This document shows, piece by piece, positions 1 to 12,799 of a stretch of 64,000 bases of DNA (its first letter is position 1; the number at the start of each line of letters is the position of its first letter). The translations under genes and the position numbers were made by a program. This DNA comes from Chiloscyllium plagiosum (taxonomy: Eukaryota). The stretch spans positions 11,793,252-11,857,251 of the forward strand of contig NC_057755.1 of the NCBI RefSeq assembly GCF_004010195.1, in the 5' to 3' direction. The notes below the pieces were generated by a model. That model made no database searches. It was not told where the DNA came from and saw only the letters and a list, made by a program, of their open reading frames with translations.

Positions 1-199
1 GGCCTATCACCCTCAACTTAACCTCCTTCCACCTATCGCATTTCCAATGCCGCTCCCCCAAGTCCCTCCTCCCTACCTTTTATCTTAGCCTGCTGGACAC
101 ACTTTCCTCATTCCTGAAGAAGGGCTCATGCCCGAAACGTCGATTCTCCTGCTCCTTGAATGCTGCCTGACCTGCGCTTTTCCAGCAACACGTTTTCAG
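1..199 (+). mobile_element. 3' part of a Penelope-like pseudo-LTR (family A) with a minimal hammerhead motif at 111-143
   Basis: ttcCTGAAGA-aGGGC-tcat-GCCC-GAAACGTC-ga followed by ttctcctgctccttgaatgctgcctgacctg. Same family as the pLTR at 49903-50130. Confidence 0.75.
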
Positions 200-1485
200 A
201 TTATGAAAAGATGCAAAACAGCAGGGTTGTCATAATAGGTGACTTTAACTTCCCCAATATTGACCAGGACTTGCATAGAGCAAGACACTTAGGGCACACT
301 TTGTTGGGCGCATCCAATTGGGTTTCTTAAAACATATGGATAGTCCCACTAGAAGAGGGGCCATATTGGATCTTGTATTGGTTGGATCTTGTATTGGCAA
401 AAGAGCCTGGCAAAGTGACTGACCTGTCAATGGAGAGCATTTTGGAAATAGTGATCACAACTCCTTAAGTTTTAAGATAGCTATGAATAAGTCAGGTTGT
501 TGCAAAAAGGTACTAAATTTGGGGAGAGCGAATTATGTCAATATTAGGCAGGAGCTAGGGAGAGATCATGGGGAGTACCTGTCATCAGGCAAGTCCACAC
601 TTGACATGTGGGAGTTGTTTAAAGACCTGATCAGAATTCAGGACCAGCATGTTCAAGTAAGGAGAAAGAGCAAAGCTGGCAAGGTGCCTTTGGATAACAT
701 GGGAAGTTGTGAATCAAAAAGGAAAAGGAAGCATATGTAAGGTTTAGAAAGCTAAAATCGTACAGATCCCGTGAGGAATATAAAGTAAGCAGGAAAAAAC
801 TTAAGCAGAGAATTAGGAGAGCATGGAGAGGCCATAAATGTCCTTGGCAAGTAGGTGTGCTTGCCTTTATTAGTAGGGGCATTGAATACAAGAGTCCGGA
901 TGTCATGTTGCAGCTTTATAAAACTTTATTTAGGCCACACTTGGGGTATTACTTTCAATTCTGGTCACCACATTACAAGAAGGGTGAGGAGACTTTGGAG
1001 TGGGTGCAGAAGAGGTTTATCAGGGTGCTGCCTGGATTAGAGCGTATGAGCTGTAAGTAGATGCTGAACAAACTGGGGTTGTTTTCTCTGGAGTAGCAGA
1101 GGCTGAGGGGAGAGCTGACTGAAATTTATAAAATTATGAGAAGCATAAGTAGGTTGACAGTCAGAATCTTTATCCCAGAATTTAAATGTCTAATATTAGA
1201 GGAAATGCATTTAAGGTAAAAGGGGGAAAGTTCAAAGGAGATGTGAGGGGCAAGTTTATTTTTTACAGAGAGTGGGAGTTGCCTGGAATGTGCTGCCACT
1301 GTACTGGTGAAGGCAGATACAATAGAAGTGTTATGGGGCCATTTTGGTAGGCATCTGAATAATCAAGGAATGGAAGGATATGAACTATGGGGAGGCAGAA
1401 AGGATTAGTTTAATTTGGCATCATGACCAGCCCAATTTGGGCCAACGGACCTGTTCCTGTGCAGTACTGTTCTATGTTATGTGTT
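200..1485 (+). mobile_element. Degenerate CR1-clade LINE fragment (endonuclease C-terminal part, RT C-terminus, 3' UTR)
   Basis: ORF remnants such as MLQLYKTLFRPHLGYYFQFWSPHYKK...LEWVQKRFIRVLPGL, with frameshifts and internal deletions. Confidence 0.85.
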
Positions 1486-1486
1486 C

Positions 1487-2340
1487 TCATCATAGAATTG
1501 TACAGCATGACAACAGACTCTTCATACCAATTCGTCCATGCTGACCATTTATCCTAAATTAATCTAGTCCCAATATGCCAGCATTTGGCCAGTATCCCTC
1601 TCAACATCTCCTATTCATCTCCCCATCCAGATGCCTTTTAAATGTTGTAATTGTACCAGCCTCCTCCACTCCCTCTGGGAGTTCATTCATACATGCACTA
1701 CCCTCTGCATAAAAAGGATTCCTCATTAGGTCTCTTTTAAATCTTTCCCCTCTCACCTTAAACCAATGCCCTCCCATTTAGTCTTCCCTCCCCTGTGAAA
1801 ACGTATAAACCTCTATAAGGTCATCCCTCAGCCTCTGACGCTCCAGGGGAAATACCCCAGCTTATTGAGCCACTCCCGATGACTCAAGCCCCACAACCCC
1901 AGCAACATCCTTGTCAATCTTTTTGGAACGCTGTCAGGTTTACCAACATCTTTTCTATAATCAGGGAGACCAGAATTGAACACAGTTCCAATCGTGGCCC
2001 AACCAATGTCTCGTACAGCTGCAACATAGCATCGCAACTGCTATACACTGACAATAAAGGCAAGTGTAGCAAATACCTTCTTCACTATCCTGCCTACCAT
2101 CGACTCTACTTTCAAGGAACTATGAACTTGGGCTGCAAGGTCCTGCATTCCTCTGACCTTCCATTCTAGCCGCCTTGAAATGATTGCCTACATCGCAGTT
2201 GCCTTCCTGACAGCCAACTGAACCTTAAATTTAAGCGAATCCTGAACTAGGATTCGAATTCCCTTTGTGCTTAAGATTTCCAAAGCTTTTCCCCATTTAG
2301 AAAATAGTCTGCTCCTCTATTCTTCCTCCCAAAGTGCATA
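1487..2340 (-). mobile_element. CR1 LINE 3' fragments
   Basis: Minus-strand remnants YRKDVGKPDSVPKRLTRML and a CR1-type 3' UTR. Confidence 0.8.
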
Positions 2341-5300
2341 AACATAGAACAAAAAATGTTACAGCGCAGTACAGGCCCTTTGGCTCTCGAGGTTGCACCG
2401 ACTTGTGAAATTAATCTGATGCCCATCTAACCTACACCATTCCATTATTATCCAAATGTATGTCCAGTGCCCATTTAAATGCCCTTAACATAGGTGAGGC
2501 TATTACTGTTGCAGGCAGGCCGTTCCATGCCTCTACTACTCTTTGAGTAAAGAAACTACCCCTGATGTCTGTCTTAAATCTATTACCCCTCAATTTGAAG
2601 CTATGTCCCCTTGTGTTAGCCTTCACCATCTAAGGAAAAAGGCTCTCACTGTCCACTCTATCTAATCCTCTGATTATCTTATACGTCTCGATTAAGTCAC
2701 CTTTCAACCTTTTTCTTTCCAACAAAAGTAGCCTCAGTTCCCTCAGTCTTTCCTCGTAAGACCTTCTTTCTATACCAGGCAACATCTTAGTAAATCTCCT
2801 CTGAACCCTTTCCAAAGCTTCCACATCCTTCCTGTAATGCCACCAGAACAGTATGCAATACTCCAGGTGCGGCCTTACCAGTGTCTTGTACAACTGCAGT
2901 ATGTCCTTGTGGCTCCGAAACTCAATCCCCCTACCAGTAAACACCAACACACCATATGTCATCTTAACAACCCTATAAACCTGGGTGGCAACTTTCAGGG
3001 ATTTATGCACCTGGACACCTGAGATCTCTCTCTTCATCTATACTACCAGGAATTTAACCCTTGGCCCAGTATTCTGCATTCCTGTTACTTCTTCTGAAGT
3101 GAAATGCCTCTCACTTTTCTGCATTAAACTCTATTTGCCACTTCTCAGCTCAGCTCTGCATCTTATCTATGTCTGTCTAACCCACAACATCCTTCGGCAC
3201 TATCCACAACTCTACTGTCCTCAGTGTCATCCGCAACCCATCCTTCTACGCCCACATCCAGATCATTTATGAAAATGACAAACAGCACTGGCCCCAAAAC
3301 AGATCCTTGTGGCACACCACTGGTAACAGCTCCAGGATGGAAATTTCCCATCAACCACCACCACTGTTTTCTTTCAGCTAGCCAATTTCTGATCCAAGCC
3401 GCTAAATCACCTTCAATCCCGAAACTCCATATTTTGTGCAATAGCCTACAGTGTGGAACCTTATCAACCACCTGTTTTGTCACCTTGAAAAACTCAGTAA
3501 GGTTAGTTAAGCACAACCTACCCTTCTCAAAATCGTGTTGACTATCCCTAATCAAATTATCCCTTTCCAGATGATTATAAATCCTATCTTTTATAACCTT
3601 TTCCAACACCTTACCCACAACCGAAGTAAGGCTCACTAGCCTATACCAGGGTTGTTCCAACTCCCTTTCTTAAACAAGGGAACAACATTTGCTATCCTCC
3701 GATCTTCTGGCACGACTCCTGTTGATAATGATGACATAAAGATCAAAGCCAAAGGCTCTGCAATCTCCTCCCTGGCTTCCCAGACAATCCAAGAATAAAT
3801 CCCATCCAGCCCAGAGGTCTTTTTTTCTCAGATCTTTCAAAATTGCTAAAACCTCTTCTTTGTTAACTGCAATCTCATTTAATCTAGTAGCCTGCATTTC
3901 TGTATTCTCACGAGCAATGCCCTTTTCCAATGTGAATTCGTGGGCGGCACGGTGGCACAGTGGTTAGCACTGCTGCCTCACAGCGCCAGAGACCCGGGTT
4001 CAATTCCCGCCTCAGGCGACTGACTGTGTGGAGTTTGCACGTTCTCCCCGTGTCTGCGTGGGTTTCCTCCGGGTGCACCGGTTTCCTCCCACAGTCCAAA
4101 GATGTGCAGGTCAGGTGAATTGGCCATGCTAAATTGCCCGTAGTGTTAGATAAGGGGTAAATGTATGGGTGGGTTGCGCTTCGGCGGGGCGGTGTGGACT
4201 TGTTGGGCCGAAGGGCCTGTTTCCACACTGTATGTAATCTAATCTAATCTAATCTAATCATTAAGCACTTCTCCTATGTCCGCAGATTCCACACACAACT
4301 TCCCAATACTGTCTTTGATTAGCCCTTCTTCTTACTCTAGTAACCTTACTCTGGTCATTCTTTTATTCCTAATATACATATGGAAGGCCGAAGGGTTTTC
4401 CTTGATCCTAACCACCAACAACTTTTCTCGTCCTCTCCTGGCTCCTCTTAGCCCTCTGTTTAGATTTTTTTCGGCACACTTCTAACTCTCAAGCCGCCTA
4501 ACTGAGCCTTCATGCCTCATCTTAATAGAAACCACCTCCTTTCTCCTGACAAGAGCTTCAACTTCTTGAGCAAACCATAGCTCCCTCTCTCAGCAACTAT
4601 CCCTGCCTGATATATATGTACTTATAAAGGACCCACAGTAGCTGTTCCTTGAATGAGTTCCACATTTCAAATGTGTCCATCCCCTGCAGTTTCCTTCCCC
4701 ATCCTATGCACCCTAAATCTTCCCCAATCGTATCACAATTACCTTTCCCCCAGTTATACTTCTTTCTCTGTGGTCTATACCTATCCCTGACCATTGCTAT
4801 TGGAAACCACTGAATTATGGTCACTATCGCCAAAGTGCTCACCTACCTCCAAATCTAACACCTGGCTGGATTCATTCTCCAATATCAAATCCAGTATGGC
4901 ATTGCCTCTTATTAGCCAGTCTACATACTATGTCAGAAAATCCTCCTGCGCATATTGAACAAAAATTGACCCATCTAAACCACTTAAACTATAGCATTCC
5001 CAGTCAATATTGGGTAAATTAAAGTCCCCAATGACAACTACCCTGTTACTCTTGCTTCTCTCGAGAATCATCTTTGCTATCCTTTCCTCTACATCCCTGG
5101 AACAATTCAGTGATCTATAGAAACTCCCAACAGGGTAACCTTTCCTGTTTCTAACCTCAGTCCAAACTACCTAAGTGGATGAGTCCTTAAACGTTATCTC
5201 AGCTGCTGTAATGCTACCCTTGATTAACAATGCCACATACCACCCCCCACCCCCAACTTTACCATCTCTGTTCTTACTGAAACATCGAAATCCCTGAATC

Positions 5301-6420
5301 TGCAATAATTATTCCTGTCCCTCCTCTAGCCATGTCTCTGAAATGGCCACAACATCAAACTCCCAGGTACCAACCCATGCTGCAAGTTCACCCATCTTAT
5401 TCCTGATGCTCCTGGCATTGAAGTGCACACATTTCAAACCAACATCCTGATTGCCGGTGCCCTCTTGCGACATTGTAAACCTATCCCTATCTTCACTACC
5501 TTCAATTACAATCCAGGTTCTCATTCCTCCTGCTGCATTAGTTTGAACGTCCTTGCATAAGTAAATTTCTTCCCCAGGATATTGGTATCCCTCTGGTTCA
5601 TGTGAAGGCCATCCTGTTTGTAGAGGTCCCAACTTCCCCAGAAAAGACTTAAATTATCCAAGAACCCAACACCCTCCCTCCTGCCATGTGTTCAGCTCTG
5701 CACTCTCCCTGATCCTCGTTTCACTAGCACACGGCATGGGAAACAACTCAAAGATAACAACTCTATTTGTTCTAGCTATAAGCTTCCATCCTCACTCCCT
5801 GAATTTCTGCCTTAGATCCACACCTTTCTTCCTATCTATGTGGACCACGACTTGGGTCTGCTCCCTCACCCACTCAAAGATCCCGAAAACACAATGAGAG
5901 ACATCACGAACCCTGACACCTGGGAGGCAACACACCAATCGTGAGGCTCTGTTGTTCCCACAAAACCTCCTATCTGTTCCCCTAACTATGGAGTTCCCAG
6001 TGACTAAAGCTCTGCTCCACTTTTCCCGCCTTACCCTCTGAGCAACAGGGACAGACTCTGCACCAGAGACCTGTGTTCCATTGCTTATCCCTGGTAAGTC
6101 GTTTCTTCCTCTTCCCCCCCCCCCCCCCCCAAAAAAAAGTAGTATTCAACATGGTATACTTGCTGTTGAGGGGAACCATCACAGGAGATCCCTGTACTGC
6201 CTGCCGGTTCCCTTTCCTACCCCGATGGTAAACCTTAACGTGGCTGTGGAGTAACTACCTCCCTGTAACTCCACTCAGTGACCCCCTCCACCTCCCGAAT
6301 GATCTGAAGTTCATCTATCTCCAGTTCCCTGACATAATTCTCGAGGAGTTGGGTGCGCTTCCACAAATGAAGTCAGCAGGGACACTAGAGGTGACCCTCC
6401 CCTTGAAGAAGTGATGCTGA
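2341..6420 (-). mobile_element. Long decayed CR1 LINE (ORF1 esterase-like remnant, APE endonuclease, RT, 3' UTR) interrupted by a SINE
   Basis: Endonuclease start LKCVHFNARSIRNKMGEL...DVVAISETWL (5309-5632), [14 protein letters not shown]...[23 protein letters not shown] (3163-3660), C-terminus LVRPHLEYCI...RVQRRFTKM (2630-3037), ORF1-like sequence near 5600-6400. All are frameshifted. Confidence 0.88.
3942..4259 (+). mobile_element. tRNA-derived V-SINE (shark HE1-like), young full-length copy
   Basis: A box TGGCACAGTGG, B box GGTTCAATTCC, V-domain GTGTGGAGTTTGCACGTTCTCCCCGTGTCTGCGTGGGTTTCCTCCGGGTG, CR1-like 3' tail and (AATCT)n end. Confidence 0.88.
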
Positions 6421-6439
6421 CTCTGCCCTGTATTGCCAT

Positions 6440-8070
6440 GCACGTCCAAATACTGTGCAATCTCATCCTTAATAATGGACTCAAATCCTACAACGACTGA
6501 GGTCAGGCTAACAGGCCTATAATTCCCTGCCTTCTGACTCTCTAACTACTTAAGTAAGGATGTTATATTTGCCGATTTTCCAGTCCTCTGGGACTCTCCC
6601 TAACTCCAGTGATTCCTGAAAGATCACCACCAGTGTCTCTCAAATGTCTTCTGCTACCTCCTTCAGCCCATCCCGTCTAGATGATTTATCTGCCTTCAGA
6701 CATTTCAGCTTCTCCAGCACCTTTTGATGATGGCTGCTGCACTCACCTCTGCCCCATGATGCTCGTGAATTTCTGGTATGTTGCCAGTTTCTTTCAGTGT
6801 GAAAATTGATGCAAAGTACCAATTAAATTTCTCCGCCATTTTTTTGTTCCCTATTACCTCATTTTTCAGCGCTCCATTGTCCACTCTTGCCCCTCTCTTA
6901 CATCTTGGAATTTTTTATGTAACTAACTACCTTACACTTATATTTCATCTTCTCCTTATTGCTTTTTTTTAAATTATCCTCCGTTACTTACCTCGACCAT
7001 GGTGGCATAGCGGTTAGCACTGCTGCCTCACAGTGCCAGAGACCTGGGTTCAATTCTTGCCTCAGGCAACTGTCTGTGTGGAATCTCCCTGTGTCTGCGT
7101 GGGTTTTCTCCGGATGCTCTGGTTTCCTCCCACAGTCCAAAAATGTGCAGGTTAGGGGAATTGGCCATGCTACATTGCCCGTAGTGTAAGGTGAAGGGGT
7201 AAATGTAGGGGAATGGGTCTGGGTGGGTTGCTCTTCGGAGAGTTGGTGTGGACTTGTTGGGCCGAAGGGCCTGTTTCCACACTGTAAGTAACCTAATCTA
7301 ATTATCACATGGTTTTTCTTTTTCTTTCATGTTGTTCCTGACTTCCCTTGTCAGCCGTGGTTTGCTTTATCCACCCCACAGTATGTTTCTTCTTCCTTGG
7401 GATGAATTTCTGCTATACCTCACAAATTACCCCCAGAAACTCCAGTCATTGCTGCTCCGTTGTCTTCCCTGCTATGCACCCCTTCCAGTTAACTCTGTCC
7501 AGCACTTCCCTCATGTCTTTGTAGTTACCTTCATTCACTTATAATATTGTTGCATTTGATTCCTGTTTGTCCCTTTCAAACTACAAGGTGAATTCTATCA
7601 TATTAACATCACTGTCCCCTCGGAATTCCTTTACTTTAAGTTCCCTCATCAAATCTGCGTAATTTCACATCACTAAATCCACAATTGCCTGATCCTTAGT
7701 GGGCAACACCACAGGCTGCTCCAAAAAGAAACATCTTGTAGACATTCCATGAATTCTTTTCCTTAAGATCTGCTACCAACCTGATTTTCCAGTCCAGCTG
7801 CATATTGAAGTTCCCCATGCTAATTGTAATAGTGCTTTCATACAACCTGTTCTATCTCCTGATTTATCATCATCTTCCCCATATCCTGACTATTACTTGG
7901 AGGCCTGTACATAACTTTTTTTGTGATTTCTCAACTCTTCCTGCACAGATTCTACATCTTCTGACACAATGTCACTTCTTCATATCAATTTAATTTCATT
8001 TCTTGCTAACAAGACAACCCTGCCCCTCTGCCCATCTCTCAGTCCTTTCAATGTTACATATATCCTCTGA
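6440..8070 (-). mobile_element. Old CR1 LINE fragment (endonuclease/linker/RT start), split by a SINE
   Basis: Minus-strand remnants such as KVLEKLKCLKADKSS...LKEVAEDI and endonuclease-like nucleotide motifs. Confidence 0.7.
6998..7301 (+). mobile_element. HE1-like V-SINE
   Basis: Homologous to 3942-4259. Confidence 0.85.
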
Positions 8071-8890
8071 TGTTTATTCTAAGTGCGCATCTTTGATTGC
8101 ACACTTCCTGTTTTTACTGTGCTGTTCACTTTTGTCAAGCTCCTGACATCTTCTTTGATGCAAAATCTGTAATTATTATCAGTTAATGAAAGTGAAATAA
8201 ATTTAATCATGTTACTTTAACCTTCAAATACTTATCATATTTTTTAATCAACCTTCAAAATGCACAATCCTGCCTCGAAAAGGGGCCAAAAACAGTTTTT
8301 GCTATATTTTTGAACCTCTGTACTAAGCCCTGGCCAGCAAGTCCCCTTCTCCTTTGCATGCAACCGTTGAACCAAACTTTGTCATCTAGGTCAATCATTT
8401 TATATTCTGCTTTAAATCTTCTTTCGTGGATGTTTCTTAAATTTTATCATGTTCCCTACCCTGCTCTATAGTGATTATATTCCATGTGTTTCATCAAGGT
8501 GTAGAAGAGGAAGCCACAGACTATCCCAACCTTGTGGGTCTTCGGACTGTGCAGGTTCATTAGCCAACTAGATTGATGTACAACTCAGCCATTTTCCAAG
8601 TTAACTAGTCTCTCACGTAGACTGTACCTTGTCAACCTCCCCCTTTGTTACTGTGTGTAGCCCTGGCCTGGCATGGGCCTAATCACACCACTCTTTTCTT
8701 ATCCTTGGTGGTGTCTCATGGTGTCTGATGTCTGCTTCCCCACCCACATATGACATCATGACATTCTCCTGTCTCTGTGGTTTCTCATGATGACTTCTTC
8801 CTCCAAACCCTCAGACTCCACTTCCCCCTCAATGGGTTGATGAGAGTGTAACAGGGTTTTTAATTAGTTCGTGGGATGTGGGTGTTTCTG

Positions 8891-9004
8891 GGAGAAAGTG
8901 AGGACTGCAGATGCTGGAGATAGGACTCATGCCCGAAATGTCGATTCTCCTGCTCCTTGGATGCTGCCTGACCTGCTGCGCTTTTGCAGCAGCACATTTT
9001 CAGC
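8891..9004. mobile_element. Short PLE pLTR-derived insert (family A) with 14-bp TSD
   Basis: TGTGGGTGTTTCTG at 8877-8890 and 9005-9018 flanks an inverted tail plus the 3' half of the hammerhead/pLTR. Confidence 0.8.
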
Positions 9005-10006
9005 TGTGGGTGTTTCTGGCTTGGCTAGCATTTATTAGCGCTATTCATAGGGACACAGTGTACGAAAGCCAAGAAGGTTTGCTAAACCCACAAATCATTT
9101 CTAATTCTGGGCATCTAAATGATATGGGGTAAAAGCTAAAAGTTGTGGATACGGGTGTTATAAGGGACCTGGAAGAAAGAGAAACTCCAGGACCTCTGAT
9201 TTCTCCCTGGGTCATCAGTCTGAAATATCACAAACTGGCATAATTACCTGCACACCCATCAAAGGATCTATTGTCTCAGGCTCATTCCATTGCACCCTCT
9301 CACAGCTTTGACTTGACTCCGGTCAAGCAGTTTTTGTTTAAATTAGAGGATGTTAGCATCACTGTAGTTTGTTATCCATCTATAAATGTCCTATAGGGTG
9401 GCGATGAGCTACTTTCTTTAAGACTGCAGCCTGAGCAGTCTGTGTACTGCTGTTGGAAGAGGAGTTACAGAATTCTAATGCAACAACATTAACCCAGCCA
9501 TGAAATTCCATATCAGGATTCTGTAAGGATTTCAGGTGATGATATTCTGACCTCTGCCATCCTTGTTCATTCAAGTGCTAAAATAACATACTGGAGAAGC
9601 TCAGCAGGTCTTGTAGCATCTTTAGAGAGACAAACCGTCGTAATGTTTTGAATTCAGTGATTCTTTGTCAGTAAGTAACTTCATGGTAGAAATCTTGAGT
9701 TTGGAAGATTCTACAGTTTAATGGTACATGGGATGCCAATCAAGTAGGCTACTTTGTCCTTGGCTCTTTTTAGTTTTGTTCATTCAGTGAAGCCCCGACA
9801 ACATTTTCTATATAACAGTATGGTTTCTTCTGAGATTAAATTGAACATATAGAAGTAACCTGCCTGGCTTTTTGGGACAGCTGACCTTAAACAAAGTTCC
9901 TTCATGCTACCAAATAATGGATTGCGCATTTAATGGTCTTGTCACTATGATTCACTTTTATTATGTGCAGCTTCTCTTGATGTTTTATTAAACTTTGTTT
10001 CAACAG

Positions 10007-10095
10007 ATAGAGATGAGGAAGAGAGTGACAGAGATCGGAAGGATGACAGAGTGGAAGGAACGAGGAGATCCAGGGAAAACATTTCTAAAGAGAAG
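10007..10095 (+). CDS. CCAR1: CCAR1 internal coding exon (acidic/basic low-complexity region)
   Basis: Acceptor tttgtttcaacag|AT, donor AAG|gtgtag. 89 bp, phase 1 to 0. Translates (D)RDEEESDRDRKDDRVEGTRRSRENISKEK, resembling human CCAR1 DRDEEE...KERPSKDK, and joins in frame to the next exon. Confidence 0.85.
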
Positions 10096-10536
10096 GTGTA
10101 GACTCAGTTTGTGACTGGTACAGTCAATAGTGTTTTGGTGAAATAAAATGTCCCATGTATTCTTTTTTCTGCACTTGAACTGTGAGAAACATCAGCTAGA
10201 GCTATTATTATGGTCTTGTAATTGCATTCAACTTTATGTTGTGTATGGAGAATTTATTTTAAAAGCAAACTGAGGCTTTGGTGGGTGCATTTGTATGAGA
10301 GTTGATAATAGTTGGGGACGTACTGGTGAATTAGCAACTTTGCAGATGAGCTGAGAGTAGTACACAAGACTTTTACCAGTTTAATTGTCATTGTCCCAAT
10401 GTGCTAGTACCAATACATAAATTAAATCAGAGGGTACAGACGAGGATTCAATGCAGGTGGAAAAAAGCAAATTTTCTAGCCTTAAAAAAAACTATAATCA
10501 GTTTTGTGGCCTGACTACTTGTCTTGATTCTTTAAG

Positions 10537-10677
10537 GAAAAGAAACAGCTGTTCACGCACAACAAGGATCTTCTTCTTGCTTTTGTCTATTTTGACCAAA
10601 GTTACTGTGGTTTTTTGCTTGAGAAAGATCTTGAAGAAATCATCTACACTCTTGGACTCCATCTTTCACGTGCACAG
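10537..10677 (+). CDS. CCAR1: CCAR1 coding exon (EF-hand-like region)
   Basis: Acceptor tctttaag|GAA, donor CAG|gtataa. 141 bp. EKKQLFTHNKDLLLAFVYFDQSYCGFLLEKDLEEIIYTLGLHLSRAQ closely matches recalled human CCAR1 NRDLLMAFVYFDQSHCGYLLEKDLEEILYTLGLHLSRAQ. Confidence 0.96.
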
Positions 10678-11027
10678 GTATAATTTCTCATTCATTTATT
10701 CTACACTGTTGGTCAATGGTATCACAGTCAGGAAACACATCAATAACAAAGGAAATGATGCACTTCTTAGCCACTAAAAAAAGTCTGCAGTGAAATAAAC
10801 TGAATCTTAGCCAGTAAGCAAAAATACAATTAAACAATGCAGAAATTCAGAGATTTGGACAGATTGGGGAAAAAGTGTGCTGCAGTCGCTCTGTGGTAGA
10901 AATCCTGACAGGGACAAATTACCTAGGTATCCATGGACTAAGGAAAAATGGGTTTGTGCTTATAATGCTATTCAGTCACTGTGGCTCTGATTAGTAATTA
11001 AACCCTCTGTCAGTGAAGTCAATATTG

Positions 11028-11259
11028 GTCAAGATCAGAGTGGTGCTGGAAAAGCACAGCAGGTCAAGGAGCATCCGAAGAGCAAGAAAATCGACGTTTC
11101 AGGCAAAAGGCCTTCATCAGGTCCCTCATCCCTGATGAAGGGCTTTTGCCTGAAACATCGATTTTCCTGCTCCTCGTATGCTGCCTTTTCCATGCTGTGC
11201 TTTTCCAGCACCCCTCTAATCTTGACTCTCATCTCCAGCATTTGCAGTACCCAATTCTC
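11028..11259. mobile_element. Fold-back PLE pLTR-derived insert with two divergent hammerhead motifs
   Basis: Inverted arms 11028-11121 and 11131-11226, a 9-nt spacer, a one-sided tail, and an imperfect TSD tgaagtca(a/g)tat. Confidence 0.8.
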
Positions 11260-11615
11260 TGAAGTCAGTATCTGGCTGTGTCTCATAAATTGAGAGATTC
11301 CTGTCTTCTATTCTGATCACAACTGGAGTAATTTTGACCTTTAGGCTGGAGAGGGCAGATTCAACCAGTCATATTTGCTGCACTGGTTCAAGCTGTGTTG
11401 TTCTAGGATGAAGAATAGTTAGAGTTCCTACTGTGGATAAAATATTTGTGGATATTCCCTGTATGTGTTCAGATATGGCCAACAGCAACATGAAGTGGGG
11501 AAGAACTATCAGTGGAACAAGTAGTTAACAAGAATCGGGATTTTCAGAAGTTCAAAGGAGAAGACTGATCAATTTACCTGTTATAATTGTTGACTTTTAA
11601 AATTTTCATTTCCAG

Positions 11616-11736
11616 GTTAAGAAGTTAATTAGTAAAGTTGTGCTGCGAGACTCTTGCCTGTACAGGAAACTAACTGATGGCTCTAAAGATGAAGTAAAAG
11701 TGACAGAGAATGAAGTGGAATCTGATCATTTGTTAG
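11616..11736 (+). CDS. CCAR1: CCAR1 coding exon
   Basis: Acceptor ttttcatttccag|GTT, donor TTAG|gtattg. 121 bp, phase 0 to 1. VKKLISKVVLRDSCLYRKLTDGSKDEVKVTENEVESDHLL resembles human VKKLLNKVVLRESCFYRKLTDTSKDE. Confidence 0.95.
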
Positions 11737-12009
11737 GTATTGCACCTCTTTTTATTCATCCTGTCCCAGGCTGTAAATTTGTGAAACTCGGCCTTTTCAA
11801 TTTGCTTGACTTTATAGCTGCCGGCTCCAACACTCAATTTATAAATTGAAGCTTGATCTTTTGCCTATGGTATTTTTTTTAAAAAATTGGCTGAACAGTA
11901 CACCCATTTATTGTCTGAGTTTGCAGATAAGATTTCCATTGCATGCCCACACTACATCTGCAGATAGCCGATAACACTCGTACCAGATGCTTTCTTAGCT
12001 GGTGGGATT

Positions 12010-12325
12010 TGAATTCACTTGACAGATCTGGAATTGAAGCTGGTCTTAATAATACCAACCATGAAACTATCATCAGTTGTTGTAAAACCTCATTCGCTAA
12101 TGTCTTTTAGGGAAGGATATCTGCCTTTCTTAACCCAGTTATGCCTACTCAAGACCCAGACTAATGTGGTTAACTCTTAATGGCCTTCTGAAATAGCCTA
12201 TCAAGTCACTCAGTTGATTTTGGATGGGCAACGAATGCTGGACTTGCTGCAATGAATGCTGGACTTGCTGCAATGAATGCTGGACTTGCCTCAATGCCCA
12301 CAGTCCACAAAAGAGTCATTTAAAA
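12010..12325 (+). mobile_element. Second SINE family (decayed), with a 3x21-bp tandem duplication in its tail
   Basis: ctaatgtcttttagggaagg...tgtggttaactcttaa...ggatgggcaacgaatgctgg, homologous in reverse to 28604-28945, 39950-40165 and 43965-44309. Confidence 0.65.
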
Positions 12326-12799
12326 ATCTAAGTCACTTATTTGTAGAAATAAAGGTTTGATTTTTTTTTCTATAGGTCGTCTTATTAAATTCAGAGGTGT
12401 AGGACAAAAACAACCAATTACCTATATACAAGTTGACTCAATTTTTATCACAGTGGTGACTTACTTCATTCTTTCCTTCTATAATCTACAAGCTTTTATA
12501 AGAAACAGTTAACTCTTTGATTTCCATTCTCCTTGATGCCCTGCACTGTGGTTTTCACCTTTGCCCTTACTTTCTAAGCTTATATTAAGCTGGGCTTCAA
12601 CAAAATTGTTTGTTTATTCTACTTTTAAAACTTAAAATCATTTGGAGTAAATTTTAAAATTTGGTGCAAAGTTATGCAAGCAATTGAGGTCAAAACTTCC
12701 ATGTAACTGTTAACCAGAGTGGGATTATAGGATAACAGTCTGTCTATAACAGTCTTATTAACTATACAATCAAAACAGGATGAAATAAGAGGGTATTTT

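Noticed and set aside
3942..4020. tRNA gene-like A/B boxes here and at 27621, 46640 and 48573
   Set aside because: They are SINE heads that continue into the V-domain and LINE-like tail, not tRNA genes.
12233..12296. CRISPR-like array
   Set aside because: Contiguous tandem units without spacers in a vertebrate SINE.
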